The translations under genes were made by a program, and so were the position numbers. Of a DNA stretch of 45,210 bases, positions 20,361-31,000 are shown piece by piece (the stretch's first letter is position 1; each line of letters starts with the position of its first letter). The stretch covers positions 372,001-417,210 of the forward strand of contig CP060773.1 of the NCBI GenBank assembly GCA_023205875.1. The letters run 5' to 3'. Origin of the DNA: Chloropicon primus. Its lineage: Eukaryota. Below the pieces are notes generated by a model. The model was not told the DNA's origin. It ran no database searches and saw only the letters and a list, made by a program, of their open reading frames with translations.

Positions 20361-21245
20361 CTAGTACTGGGCACCGAATCCAGACGAGTCCATCTGCTGG
20401 AATCCACCTGGGACCTGCATTGGTGGGGCGGCGGCGGCGTCGAAACCGGCCTGTTGTGGGGCAGCGGCGGCCTCGAAGCCAGGCATACCGGCCTGGGCAA
20501 CCGCTCCGTCGTAGAAGCCTCCCTCGGCAGGGGCCGCCATCAAGCCAGGGTCAACTCCGGCAGCGAAGCCCATCTCGGCGGCTGGGAACTCGGTGGCGGC
20601 CTGCTGGGCTGGCTCGGCCTCTGGCTCCTTGGCCTCCTCAGGCTCCCTGTAGAAGAACAGGTCGACCATGACGTCCCATGGGTTCTGGGCGGTCACGGTT
20701 CCTCTCATCTGCAAGACCATCCTGCACAAAATGTAGTACAAGACACCGATGGAGTGCTTTCCCTTGTTGTTGGCAGGGATAGCGATATCGACGTTCTTCA
20801 AAGGAGAGTCCGTGTCGCAGAACGCAATGGTTGGCAAGTTGCAGTACGCGGCCTCCCTTCCCGGCTGGGTATCAGTCCTTGGGTCGGTCAAGATCAAAAG
20901 CCTTGGCTCCTCATACTTGTCCGTGATCTGGTTCGTGAAGGTACCTGGAGTGTGCCTTCCTGGCAAGGTCTTGGAACCCGTGTACTGGGCAAACTTCAAC
21001 ACCGCCCTCTGACCGTAAGGCCTGGCAGACAACACAGCAATGTCTTGAGGGTTCTCGATCGCGCAGATCACTCTCGCCGCCATCTGGAGCTTCTCCCAAG
21101 TCTTTCCCAAGTTGAACACGTAAAGCCCATCGTTTCTCCTCCTGTACACGTACCTCTGCATCTGATAGTCGCAGTTCTTGGTTCCCAAGTGGCACGATGC
21201 GGCAAGCATCATCTGGATGTCAGCTTCCTTCTGAGACACGGCCAT
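20361..21245 (-). CDS. RPSA: 40S ribosomal protein SA (uS2)
   Basis: [24 protein letters not shown]...[18 protein letters not shown]...[11 protein letters not shown]...[14 protein letters not shown]...[15 protein letters not shown]; intronless CDS. Confidence 0.98.
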   Translation of the reverse strand: MAVSQKEADIQMMLAASCHLGTKNCDYQMQRYVYRRRNDGLYVFNLGKTWEKLQMAARVICAIENPQDIAVLSARPYGQRAVLKFAQYTGSKTLPGRHTPGTFTNQITDKYEEPRLLILTDPRTDTQPGREAAYCNLPTIAFCDTDSPLKNVDIAIPANNKGKHSIGVLYYILCRMVLQMRGTVTAQNPWDVMVDLFFYREPEEAKEPEAEPAQQAATEFPAAEMGFAAGVDPGLMAAPAEGGFYDGAVAQAGMPGFEAAAAPQQAGFDAAAAPPMQVPGGFQQMDSSGFGAQY

Positions 21246-21321
21246 TTTGCACAAGCTTGTTCTATACTTCTCTCCTCCTTCGTTCACTCTCGAAAAACCT
21301 GCCAGCCAGCCAGGAAGAAAA

Positions 21322-21329
21322 TAGGGTTT
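21322..21329 (-). promoter_or_regulatory. Telo-box (AAACCCTA) upstream of RPSA
   Basis: TAGGGTTT on + strand, 77 bp upstream of the RPSA ATG. Telo-boxes are an established feature of plant ribosomal-protein promoters and 5'UTRs. Confidence 0.5.
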
Positions 21330-22376
21330 AGGAATTAGGAAAGGGGTGGGGTTAGCATCGGCATGAACCTCGCGACCGTGTCGACGGTCCCGGGCGAATG
21401 AAAAGGTAAGAGTGGGGTCCTTCGAAAGAGGAAGACATGAAGGTTTCGAATTCATCGACTCTCATCATCTTATACTTCATCTACGACACGAATATCGTCA
21501 AACAAAACGTACCTCTCTCCGTGTTTCGTCGACTGCGCGCACAAAACTTCTTTGGCTTTCGTCGTTTCCGCCGCCGAATTTTTGGCGGCCGTAATTACAC
21601 TAAAACCAACCCATTTGACACTATTTGAATTTTGAAATATGAATTTTGAAGTTTCATGAAATGAAAAAGGGGCGTCGATCCTATGGACAATCTCCTGAAT
21701 CGGGGGCACTGCATGGTGTGTTTGTCTGTCCCTAGGGGTTGAAGTGTGTGAGGTTGAGGTTTCAGGAGGTCTAAACCAGCGATAGGGCGTCTCACGATCT
21801 TTCCAAAGAGCCCAGCCTTGCTTGGGTCTTGTCTTGGGTTCTCTCTCTGTGTCCAGATACAGACCCTCAGACCTGGCGTGTGTTTGTGTGGGAGGTGCAA
21901 CGGAGGCAGAGGAGGGGAGGAGGGGGAGGAAGGGGCCGAGGGGAGAGCCGAGTCAACCGAGAGGCCTCGTCTCTTTCCCTTTTCGATTGGTGCTGGCATT
22001 GCTCGGGTCTTGGGGACTCGTTCTTCCCGGTGAACTTCACTTCTGGGAGAAGTCTTGAAGCGAGGTGAGTCCACTGGAGGACGAGGAGTACGAGGACGAG
22101 AGAAAGGGAAAGGTCTTCGTTGGATGCTTTGCTCCCGGCCTCCTCTTTCAATTGATTCCCTCACTCCAAGGAAAGGAAGTGACTGACTCTGGTTCCGGTG
22201 AAGGGCCTTGGGAGTGGCCAGTGCCTGAGGCCTGAGGAAGACTTCGTGGACCAGGACGACGGGGAAGGGGCAGACGGGCACGCAGGGAGACGAGCAAGCA
22301 CGCGCGCGCGCACACAGAGGGAGGCGTGCAGTTTTTTTTTTTGTGAATTTCGGTTCAAGCGCACAAGCAACACATC

Positions 22377-24695
22377 ATGACTTCGTCCTCGAGTTGCTTC
22401 CAGGAGGAGGAGAGGACAGGCGTCCGGTTCTCTTGGAACGTGTGGCCGACGAGCCGGATCGAGGCCTCGAGGATTACTGTGCCGTTCGGGGCGATGTACA
22501 CGCCCTTGAAGCACGCGGCCTCGGAGATTCCTTGCGCGCCGTACGAGCCTCTGGCCTGCAAGCAGTGTGGAGGCATCGTGAACCCCCACTGCCGGATCAA
22601 CTTTGAGCAGAAGACTTGGATGTGCGTGTTCTGCCACACCAGCAACAACTTCCCATCGCACTACGCGGGCATGAGCGAGTCCTGCCTTCCCGCGGAGCTG
22701 TTTCCTGGCAACGAGGTCATCGAGTACCAGCTCCCCCAAAGGAGCAGCATCGTGCCGACGTTCCTGTTCGTGGTGGACACCATGCTGGAGCCCGGGGACC
22801 TCAGGGCAGCCGTCGTGGCCTTGCAGCACTCCCTGGAGCTTATACCGCAGTACGCCCACGTCGGCCTTGTGACGTTTGGTGAGATGGTCCAAGTGTACGA
22901 GCTGGGCTTCCAGCAGTGCAGCAAGCACTTCCTACTGCGGGGCGACGCGGACCACTCGAGGGACTCCGTCATGCAGATGCTCGACCTCGGGGTGAAGCAG
23001 CAGAAGAGGCAGCCGCAGGTCAACGGGCAGGGCAAGGGGGAGGACACCACGCCTGCGGAGAGGTTCTTCCCGTCCCTGTCTGATTGCGAGTTCAACCTCA
23101 GTGCCATCGTGGATGTGATCGAGACGGATCAGCAGGACAAGAGGCCAAGGCACAGGCCGCTGCGGTGCACCGGGGCAGCCATGGCGGTGGCGGTGGCGCT
23201 GACTGAGATCTGCATGCCGACGGGAGGGTGCAAGATCTGCTTGTTCTCGGGGGGGGCTTGCACGTTCGGTCCGGGGAAGATTGTCCAGACGGACTTGTCC
23301 TGCCACTACAGGACTCACCACGATTTCGACAAAGGTTCCGGGCCAGCCATGCAGCTGTTTGGCAAGAGCGCGACTCACTACGAGGGGCTCGGGGTGAGGC
23401 TGGTGCAGAGCGGCAACAGCTGCGACCTTTTCGCTTGCTCCTTGGACCAGGTCGGCGCGGCGGAGATGTATTCTATGATGGAGCAGACCGGGGGGAACAT
23501 CATCTTGAGCGAGTCCTTCGAGCACCACGTGTTCAGGGAGTCCCTCAAGAAGGTGTTCGAGAGGAAAGACGGGACGGGTGACCTGGAGGCGGCATTGAGC
23601 GTGGAAATGGAGATCAAGTGCTCGCAGGAGATCAAGGTGAGCGGGCTGATCGGGGCAGCCCTGGGGATGGGCAAGGACAGCAACCTGGTGAGCGAGATCG
23701 AGATCGGGGAGGGGAGGACGGTCCGGTGGAAGGCGGGAACGGCCAACAAGTTCTCGACTTACGCAATCTACTTTGACATCGTGATGCAGCACACGGATGG
23801 GCAGCAGCAGCAGCAAAGCCTTCAGACCTTCCACATGCAGTTCGTGACCGAGTACACGCACTCTCGGGGCCAAAAGGCGATGAGGGTGACGACGGTGACG
23901 AGGAGGTGGGCCCCCCCAGGCTCCCCGGAGATCGGGCTTGGTTTCGACCAGGAGTCAGCTGCGGTGCTGATGGCGCGCATGGCGATTTCCAGGGTCGAGG
24001 AAGGGCAGGACATCATCGACACAATCAGGTGGCTCGACCGGATGCTCGTTACCCTTTGCGCCAAGTTCGGAAGCTACAACTCCCAGGGGCCCCACAACTT
24101 TCACTTGCCCCAGCAGTTCCGGAAGTATCCCGAGCTCATGTACCACCTGAGGCGGTCGCAGGTCCTGCAGGTCTTCAACAACTCCCCCGACGAGACGGTC
24201 TTCTTTCGGCTCGCTCTGAAGAAGGAGGGAACGTACAATTCCCTTCTCATCATGCAGCCTCAGCTCTTCGCCTACTCTTTTGAGAATGACGGGAGGTCTC
24301 AGCCGGTCCCCCTGGACGCCACTTCGGTCGCCGCGGACCGAATTCTCGTCCTGGACACCTTCTTCGTGGTCCTTGTGCATTACGGGACCACGATCGTGCA
24401 GTGGAGGAACGAGGGTTACCAGGACAAGGAGGAATACGCTGGCTTCAAGGCGATGCTCCGCGCGCCGAGGGCAGACGCGCACCACATTGCTGGGAACAGG
24501 TTGCCTTACCCCAAGATTGTGGAGTGCAACCAGAATGGAAGTCAAGCGCGGTTCCTCTTGGCCAAGCTCAACCCCTCGGTCACGTACGCCAGCGGCGGGC
24601 AGGTCCTGGGGGGCGAGGCCATCAGAACGGATGACGTGAACATGGAGACCTTCTTGGAGCACCTCGGCAGGCTCGTGGCAGCCCAAAGGAAATAA
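22377..24695 (+). CDS. SEC23: COPII coat protein Sec23
   Basis: GVRFSWNVWP, Zn finger CKQC...NPHC...WMCVFC, trunk FLFVVDT, FDQESAAVLMAR, VFNNSPDET, and arginine finger GSQARFLLAKLNPS. Confidence 0.97.
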   Translation: MTSSSSCFQEEERTGVRFSWNVWPTSRIEASRITVPFGAMYTPLKHAASEIPCAPYEPLACKQCGGIVNPHCRINFEQKTWMCVFCHTSNNFPSHYAGMSESCLPAELFPGNEVIEYQLPQRSSIVPTFLFVVDTMLEPGDLRAAVVALQHSLELIPQYAHVGLVTFGEMVQVYELGFQQCSKHFLLRGDADHSRDSVMQMLDLGVKQQKRQPQVNGQGKGEDTTPAERFFPSLSDCEFNLSAIVDVIETDQQDKRPRHRPLRCTGAAMAVAVALTEICMPTGGCKICLFSGGACTFGPGKIVQTDLSCHYRTHHDFDKGSGPAMQLFGKSATHYEGLGVRLVQSGNSCDLFACSLDQVGAAEMYSMMEQTGGNIILSESFEHHVFRESLKKVFERKDGTGDLEAALSVEMEIKCSQEIKVSGLIGAALGMGKDSNLVSEIEIGEGRTVRWKAGTANKFSTYAIYFDIVMQHTDGQQQQQSLQTFHMQFVTEYTHSRGQKAMRVTTVTRRWAPPGSPEIGLGFDQESAAVLMARMAISRVEEGQDIIDTIRWLDRMLVTLCAKFGSYNSQGPHNFHLPQQFRKYPELMYHLRRSQVLQVFNNSPDETVFFRLALKKEGTYNSLLIMQPQLFAYSFENDGRSQPVPLDATSVAADRILVLDTFFVVLVHYGTTIVQWRNEGYQDKEEYAGFKAMLRAPRADAHHIAGNRLPYPKIVECNQNGSQARFLLAKLNPSVTYASGGQVLGGEAIRTDDVNMETFLEHLGRLVAAQRK

Positions 24696-24735
24696 TAATA
24701 AGAAATATACGACAATAAGGAGTCACAACTATTGC

Positions 24736-25614
24736 TCAAAACGATTCGATGATTGGGCAAAAGTGAAGGGAAACTTGCTCGTAGACCTCCTTCTTGAAGT
24801 GCACGACTTGGTGGGGCATCTCCGACAGGGGCATCCAGCACCACTCGGAGAACTCTCTGTTCTCCTCGCCCCTGGCCGCCAAGTCGATGTCGCTCGCGTC
24901 TCCCGTGAACCTCAACAAGAACCACTTCTGCTTCTGGCCCTTGAAGACTTTCTTCTTGAACCTCTTCCTCTCCTCCTTGGTGACCGTCGTGACCCCTTTC
25001 TTCGCCACAACCCTCTTCACGTACGCTGTCGCTATCCTCTCCTTGACGCTGGTCGGGAAGTCGTAGGCCAGCCACTCGTCCACCTCCGCCACAAACTCAA
25101 CGCGCTCCGGCTTTATCCCAGTCTCCTCCTCGAGCTCCCTCAAGGCCGCCAGCCTGGGATCCTCCCCCCTGTCTATACCGCCCTGAGGCATCTGCCACGC
25201 CCTGCTGTCGTCGTCCACTCTCCTCGCGGCGAACACCAAACCAGTCCTCTCGTCCAGAACGCACAACCCAACATTCTTCCTGTACTTTTGCAGGTACTCC
25301 ACCTCAATGCAGTCGGGCAGCTCCGGCAACCCCGGGATCTGCTGCCCAGGCCCTTCCTTCCCGGAGGTGGACGCGGAGGTGGACGCGGAGGTGGACACCT
25401 CCCCTTGGTGCTCGTGGGGGTTGCCCGAAAGGCTCGGTTCCGACACCGAGGCCAGGACAGGACCCAAGGAGCCCTTCTTTTCCTCCCCTCCTCGTATCCG
25501 CCAAAGGGACAACGAGGGCGAGCCGATGCCAGTTACGGGGAACGATCCGCTTTGTCCTTGCCCCCTCCACCTCGCCAGCACCTTCCCTCTCATCCCCCTG
25601 ACCACGGCTCTCAT
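24736..25614 (-). CDS. Nudix hydrolase, RppH/Ap4A-hydrolase type (plant NUDT25/26/27-like), with transit-peptide-like N-terminus
   Basis: YRKNVGLC...WQMPQGGIDRGEDPRLAALRELEEETGI (complete Nudix box), WLAYDFP, KGQKQKWFLLRF, EFSEWCW, FKKEVY. Confidence 0.92.
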   Translation of the reverse strand: MRAVVRGMRGKVLARWRGQGQSGSFPVTGIGSPSLSLWRIRGGEEKKGSLGPVLASVSEPSLSGNPHEHQGEVSTSASTSASTSGKEGPGQQIPGLPELPDCIEVEYLQKYRKNVGLCVLDERTGLVFAARRVDDDSRAWQMPQGGIDRGEDPRLAALRELEEETGIKPERVEFVAEVDEWLAYDFPTSVKERIATAYVKRVVAKKGVTTVTKEERKRFKKKVFKGQKQKWFLLRFTGDASDIDLAARGEENREFSEWCWMPLSEMPHQVVHFKKEVYEQVSLHFCPIIESF

Positions 25615-25695
25615 GACGATGGATAGGATGCTATCAACAGGCAGGAGACACAAGTTCGTTCAGTGAGTTTCTCGCTCGTCGAATCCTCGTCACTC

Positions 25696-25932
25696 GGTCG
25701 TTTCTCTCGAGCGAGGGGTCGACGGAAAGATCGCGACGAGACGCTTCTATCGTCCCTCCCCTCGTCCCTCCCCTCGTCGCGAAGGATCCGCAACTCGACC
25801 GTCTCTTCAAGACTTGAGACCAAAAAAACCACCTCACGCACAAGGGACAAGACAAGAACGAGCTCAAAGCCTCCACAGAGGGTCGTTCCTGTCGAGCGAG
25901 GGGTCGACGGAAAGATCTCGAGAAGACGGTTC
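25696..25932 (+). repeat. Imperfect ~52-bp direct repeat pair (25696-25747, 25881-25932)
   Basis: Exact core tcgagcgaggggtcgacggaaagatc at 25707 and 25892; offset 185 bp. Confidence 0.88.
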
Positions 25933-26475
25933 GATCATTTCGGTTCCCTCGCGCTTTCCCTCGTCCCCCTCGTCGCCTTCCCCTCGCGTTTCCTCACCTC
26001 TCTCTCTCTCGTCCTGGCGCGATGACGTCTGCTGGCCACTCGATTCGAAAATCCATTAAAATCGAGATTTTGAGATCTTGTCTACTAAGGAGTGTAAAGA
26101 TCAAGAAGGGATGTGGATCCACATCAACCTTTCCTCTCTTCTCCTCTCGGGGTTCACTGCAACTGGCATCCATCATGGATGCATGCATGGCTTCTCCTTC
26201 TCCTTCTCTTCTCTTCTCTCTTGCTTTCTCTTCTCTCTTGCTTTCTGTCCGCTTGTGTGGCCTCTGTCTGTCTGTCTGTCTGTAGCTCTCTCTCTCTCTC
26301 TCTCTCTCTCTGTTTGTCTGTCATCGAGGCACAGGTAGAGGAGGAGGGCCATCGATGCCTTCCTCTCTCTCCCTCCTTGCTGCTGCTGCTGTTGTTGTTG
26401 TTGTCGCAAGAAAGTAACCAAGTAAGTCTATGACACGATGATGATGACGATTGATTATTTTGTCTTCCTTGTGGT

Positions 26476-26987
26476 TCAGCACTTCCATATTAGTACACCA
26501 GTCTCCCCTGCTACAAACACGTACAAGATGTTCTTGGTCTCGTGCGAGACCTCGAAGGCGAACCCCTTGCCGGCCACGCAGTGCCACGGAGAACCAAACT
26601 TCTTGTCCATGCTCTCCTTGATGAACTAGTGAGTCAGTGGAGCAGCAAAGTGAGTCAGTCAGTCAGTCAGTGAGACACAGAGACCAAGCCAAGCCAAGTC
26701 AAGCTCGGGTGGGTCAGCCGAGGTTCTTAGCGTCGTCGTGAGGACGAAGGGAGAGGTGTGTGTTGTGTGTGTGTGGGGGGGGAGGAAGAACACCAGGTGG
26801 TGATGATGATTTGGTTTTGTGTTGAACTTACGTGTGTGCACTTTTGGAGGTCCTTTGGGAACTTCTCCACCGCGTTCATGCAGATGTCCACCGCTTCATC
26901 CCTGACCTCAGCCATCATATCCGTGTGCTTGACAAGCGAGTAGTTCGCCATCTTCAAAAAGGCCTCCCTCTCCTCCGGTATTTGCAT
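26476..26987 (-). CDS. DNAL4: Axonemal dynein light chain 4 (LC8 family; Chlamydomonas LC10-like), 101 aa (exons 26987-26832, 26625-26476)
   Basis: Spliced MQIPEEREAFLKMANYSLVKHTDMMAEVRDEAVDICMNAVEKFPKDLQKCTHFIKESMDKKFGSPWHCVAGKGFAFEVSHETKNILYVFVAGETGVLIWKC matches the DNAL4 pattern (LVRHSDM...IKETMDKKFG..WH...GFGFEITHE.KNLLY...VWKC). Probable 5'UTR intron at 27152-27015. Confidence 0.88.
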
Positions 26988-28040
26988 TTTGGCAAACAAT
27001 TCTCTTCACAGACTCTGACATGAATTGCGACCAAACCACACCACACGAAACAGTGTCAGGCGTTATCAAACACACAAAACACAAACCAAAGGCTTCTCTG
27101 TCTGTCTCTGTCTCTCTGTCTCTCTGTCTCTCTGTCTCTCTCTGTGCCTTACCTCTGTTGGCCAGTTCTAGTCTTCCAATAAAGGACACAGTGGTCCACT
27201 CGATGAATGCTTTGCTCCTTTTAGCCTACCGCCTCCTCCCTCTTGGTCTCCCTCAAGCCAAGCCAAGCCAAGCCAAGCCAAGACCTCTGCCTCTGCCTGT
27301 GCTTCTCTCTCTCTCTCTCTGTTTGTTGCTGGCGAGTCCAACCCAACCAATGAATGACACAATTATATCAATCCAATGGGAAGGGAAGCGTTGGTCCTAA
27401 AGCCAAAGCCAAAGCCAATAATGGTCTCCTCCTCCTCCTCCCTCTCTCTCTCTCTCCTGCCTCTTCCTGTCTCCTCTCCTCTCTTCAACCCTCTGCTTCA
27501 CCCTCTCCTTCACCTCCATTGGTCAAAGTTCCCATTATCTTAATCAAAGCCAAGATAGCATGAGATTATATTATAGTGTACACCGTACACTCAAAGATCC
27601 GATCTTGGAAAACCAATTTCCCCAATCCTCCAACGAAGGGAGACGAGGCAGGAGAGAGAGAGGAAGGTGAGTTCGGGAAGGTGTGGGCGGCGAGGACGGA
27701 AGGAGAGGTGTCCGATGACGGTTTAAGGCGATTCCTCGTCTCTTTCTCTTTCGTTAGACACCTCACTCGAAACATTTGGTGACCTAGTGATGGTTTAAGA
27801 CACTGAAACGTTTGCATTGTTTCTCTCCTCACGGTGGGTCGTGGTAGTGCAAGGGGAAGGAGGGGAGAGGAACGACAGGGGAGGGTTTGGATCATCGGAG
27901 AGGGAGAGGTGGGCGCATCCACACATCGACACCATCCTTTTCCCGAACGGACGGTGCTCGAGAAGGGTTTCGGTTCTCGTGTGTTGGGGGAGACGCACCG
28001 GACACGAGTTTGGTTTTGGTGCTGATTGATTGATTGATTA

Positions 28041-31000
28041 ATGATGGCCAGCGGTACTTCTTCTTTTTCGTCTTCCTCTTCCAAGGAGAAGAAGGAGAAG
28101 GAGTCCATGCTGGAGGCGGCCACGGGGATCATCAACATCTTGGAGAGCGGCGAGAAGCCGGACGAGGAGAAGGCAGAGAACCTCCTGGAGGTGCTCGTCG
28201 TCAAGTGCGCCAGGTGGTACGACTTCACTTTGAGGGATGACGGGGACGACTTCTTCGCGCAAGCCCTCAGCAGGTTGTTCGACGGGGTCGTCAGGAAATG
28301 GATCCTGAAACCGAACTGGCTCAAGTGCCCGAGGGATGAGAACTACTCGTCCTCCTACTCGTCGGAGGAGAGAAAGGCGAGCAACGGGGGCTCGTCCTGC
28401 TCCCCGAGGAGCGAAAGTTACGCCCGCCCGGGGCTCCTTCTCAATGTCCTTCAGCTTGTGCGACTTTTCACGAGGGACTGCAATTACAGGAAGCAGCTCG
28501 TTTGTGACGCGGACAAGGCGGAGAGCCTGGGAACGATCGCCCAGTTCCTGGCTTGGAGATCGAGGGCCCACTTCGAGGAGAAGTGGCTTCTGCCGAGCGG
28601 GAAGGAGAGGGAGGCCATGTCCACTCCGCTGGGGCGGGAAATGCTGGTCGAGTGCGTGAGCATCGTCAGGCGGCTTGCCACGGACAAGGATCATTGCGAA
28701 GCTCTGTTCTCTACGAAAATGAAGAGCCAAGTGCAAGCGATGCGGCAGAGGCGCCAGGGGAATCAAAACAATCAGAACAATCGCAGCGACCACATGCAGG
28801 AGTTCGGCATCGCCGGTACGCTTGCGTTGCTCTTGCACACGACGGACAACGCCATCTTGCCGCTGGCCATCGACTCGCTCACCCACATCGCAGAGAGGAT
28901 GAACGACCGGATCGACGACTGGGACGAGGCGGCGAGGGGTCCGAAGCTGTCCAGGGAGGAGAAGCTTGTCATCGTAGACACACTGAGGCACGTCTCCTGC
29001 TGCGGGATAGAAGTGATCCTGAAGATGATTGAGAGCTACTCGAGGCCGTTCAACAGGCTGGCGGCCACCCTGCTTACCACCCTCCTGTCCCTCGAGGAGG
29101 TGAGGACGCAAGTGCTCGTGGACCAGTACAAGAGCGGGAGCGGGGTTCAAAAGAAGAACAGGAAGGTCGTGGGGTCTGAGCCGATGGAGGGCGCTCCGCT
29201 CATCCAGAGGCTCGTCTCCAAGTTCTCGTACTGTGAGAGGGAGCTCTACGTGCCCATCCTGAACGTTCTCTCTGTCATCCTGCAGGAGAACTTTTTGATC
29301 TCCGATCTCCGGGATGTGGGCGGCATTCCCATCATTCTCAACTCCATCCGCACGGAAACCTTTGCGGGAAAGGGCAAGGAGGGCGACCGGTTGAGAGCCT
29401 CGATGGACTTTGTGTGTGCCGTCTCGCGATGCATTCAAGTGATGTCCATTGATGACGAGGCTTCCTACCAAGTCAAGCAGTGCAACGGCGTTTACCTCCT
29501 GGGGAGATGCCTCGTGCAGCCGTGGGACCCAGCGGATCCAGACTTCTTCCACGACAACTCCCCGTCTCTGGCTGCCAATGGGTGGAGCCAGAAGGGCGGC
29601 GGGGCAGCCAATCCGTTGACGGTGTACAACCTCGTCGAAGCGTCGAGGGTCCACCTCGCGAGGGCCCACGTCCTGAGAGCGCTGCGTTACATTTTCAGCT
29701 CGGAGAGAAACAGGGACATCTTCAAGAAGCTGATGCCACCGGACTTCTTCTCCGCGTTCATTGACGTTGGCCACTACCAAGAATCGCTCAAGCCGTACTT
29801 GAGGCTGGCGGAGTTGATGCACGAGAGCGAGGTGGTTCGATCCAAGGACCAACCCAGGGAAGAGGCGGGACCCGGTGACGACGGCGCGGCGGTCGCGGGG
29901 GCGGTTCCCCCCTCCTCGGCCGAGGACAGCGGCCTGAACAACCTGCAGTCCCCACGGATCACTCACTGGACCCGCGTGGCTCTCAAGGAAATCGACAAGA
30001 ATTCTCAGAACGACATCGTCAAGATCGTGAACGGGTACCACTTCGTCGAGCTCCTGGGCAAGGGGGCCTTCGGCAGCGTCTACAAGGCGAGGAAGAAGGG
30101 GTTCTCTGCCCACGAGGAGAAGATTTGCGCAGTGAAAGAGCTGGCGCTGGAGGACGTTCACATCTTTGGTGCCACCAAGAAGGAGCAGGAGGAGGCCAAG
30201 GCCGCCATCGCGGAGGAGATGAAGATCCTGTCGGAGATGGATCACCCCGGGATCGTGCATTACTACGAGAGCTTTGAGAAAGATGGCAAGGTCTACATCG
30301 CCATGGAGTACGCCGGAGGCATGAGTCTCGAGGATCGGATCAGGAGCCTGGAGGCAAGAAACCAGAGATCGAGCGAGACGGAAGTGTGGCAGATCCTGAC
30401 CCAGCTCTGCCTTGCCTTGAGGTACATGCACCAGGACAAGGAGATCGTGCACAGGGACCTGACCCCGGCGAACATCATCATCTCCCTCGGGAACGACATC
30501 GTGACGGTCGGCGAGGCTTCCTCTGACCAGCCCCTGACCGTGAGGATCACGGATTTCGGGTACGCCAAGCGCAAGGAGGAGGGAGGCTTCGTCATGCGGT
30601 CTTTGGTGGGGACCATCACCTTCTGTTGTCCAGAGATCGTGCAGCACCAGGTCTACACGGACAAGGCTGATGTTTGGTCGCTGGGGTGCATCTTGTACAA
30701 CGTCATGCTCCTCAAGCCGCCGTTCTCGGCCTCGAACATTTTTAACATCGCGCAGAAGATCGTGGAGGGCCAGTTCGACCCCCCCATCGAGTCGGACAAG
30801 GTCCCTTGGTATTCCTCGGAGCTCAAGCGGCTGGTCGGTCGGATGCTCACCGTGGACCCGGAGAAGAGGCCGAGCATTGGTGAGATCATCGTGGAGATCT
30901 CCTCCCGCGTTGCCCGGGAGACCGACTCGATGCGGTCCAAGATCAGGCTGCTGGAGGAGGAGATTCACATGGAGCGCAAGTACTTTGTGAGGGAGAAGAG

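Noticed and set aside
21570..21589. Small hairpin gccgccgaatttttggcggc between RPSA and SEC23
   Set aside because: A short GC stem is expected by chance, and nothing else supports an RNA gene.
28038..30968. 976-aa minus-strand ORF
   Set aside because: Lies entirely antisense to NEK10, with the L/V/H/D-rich composition typical of shadow frames.
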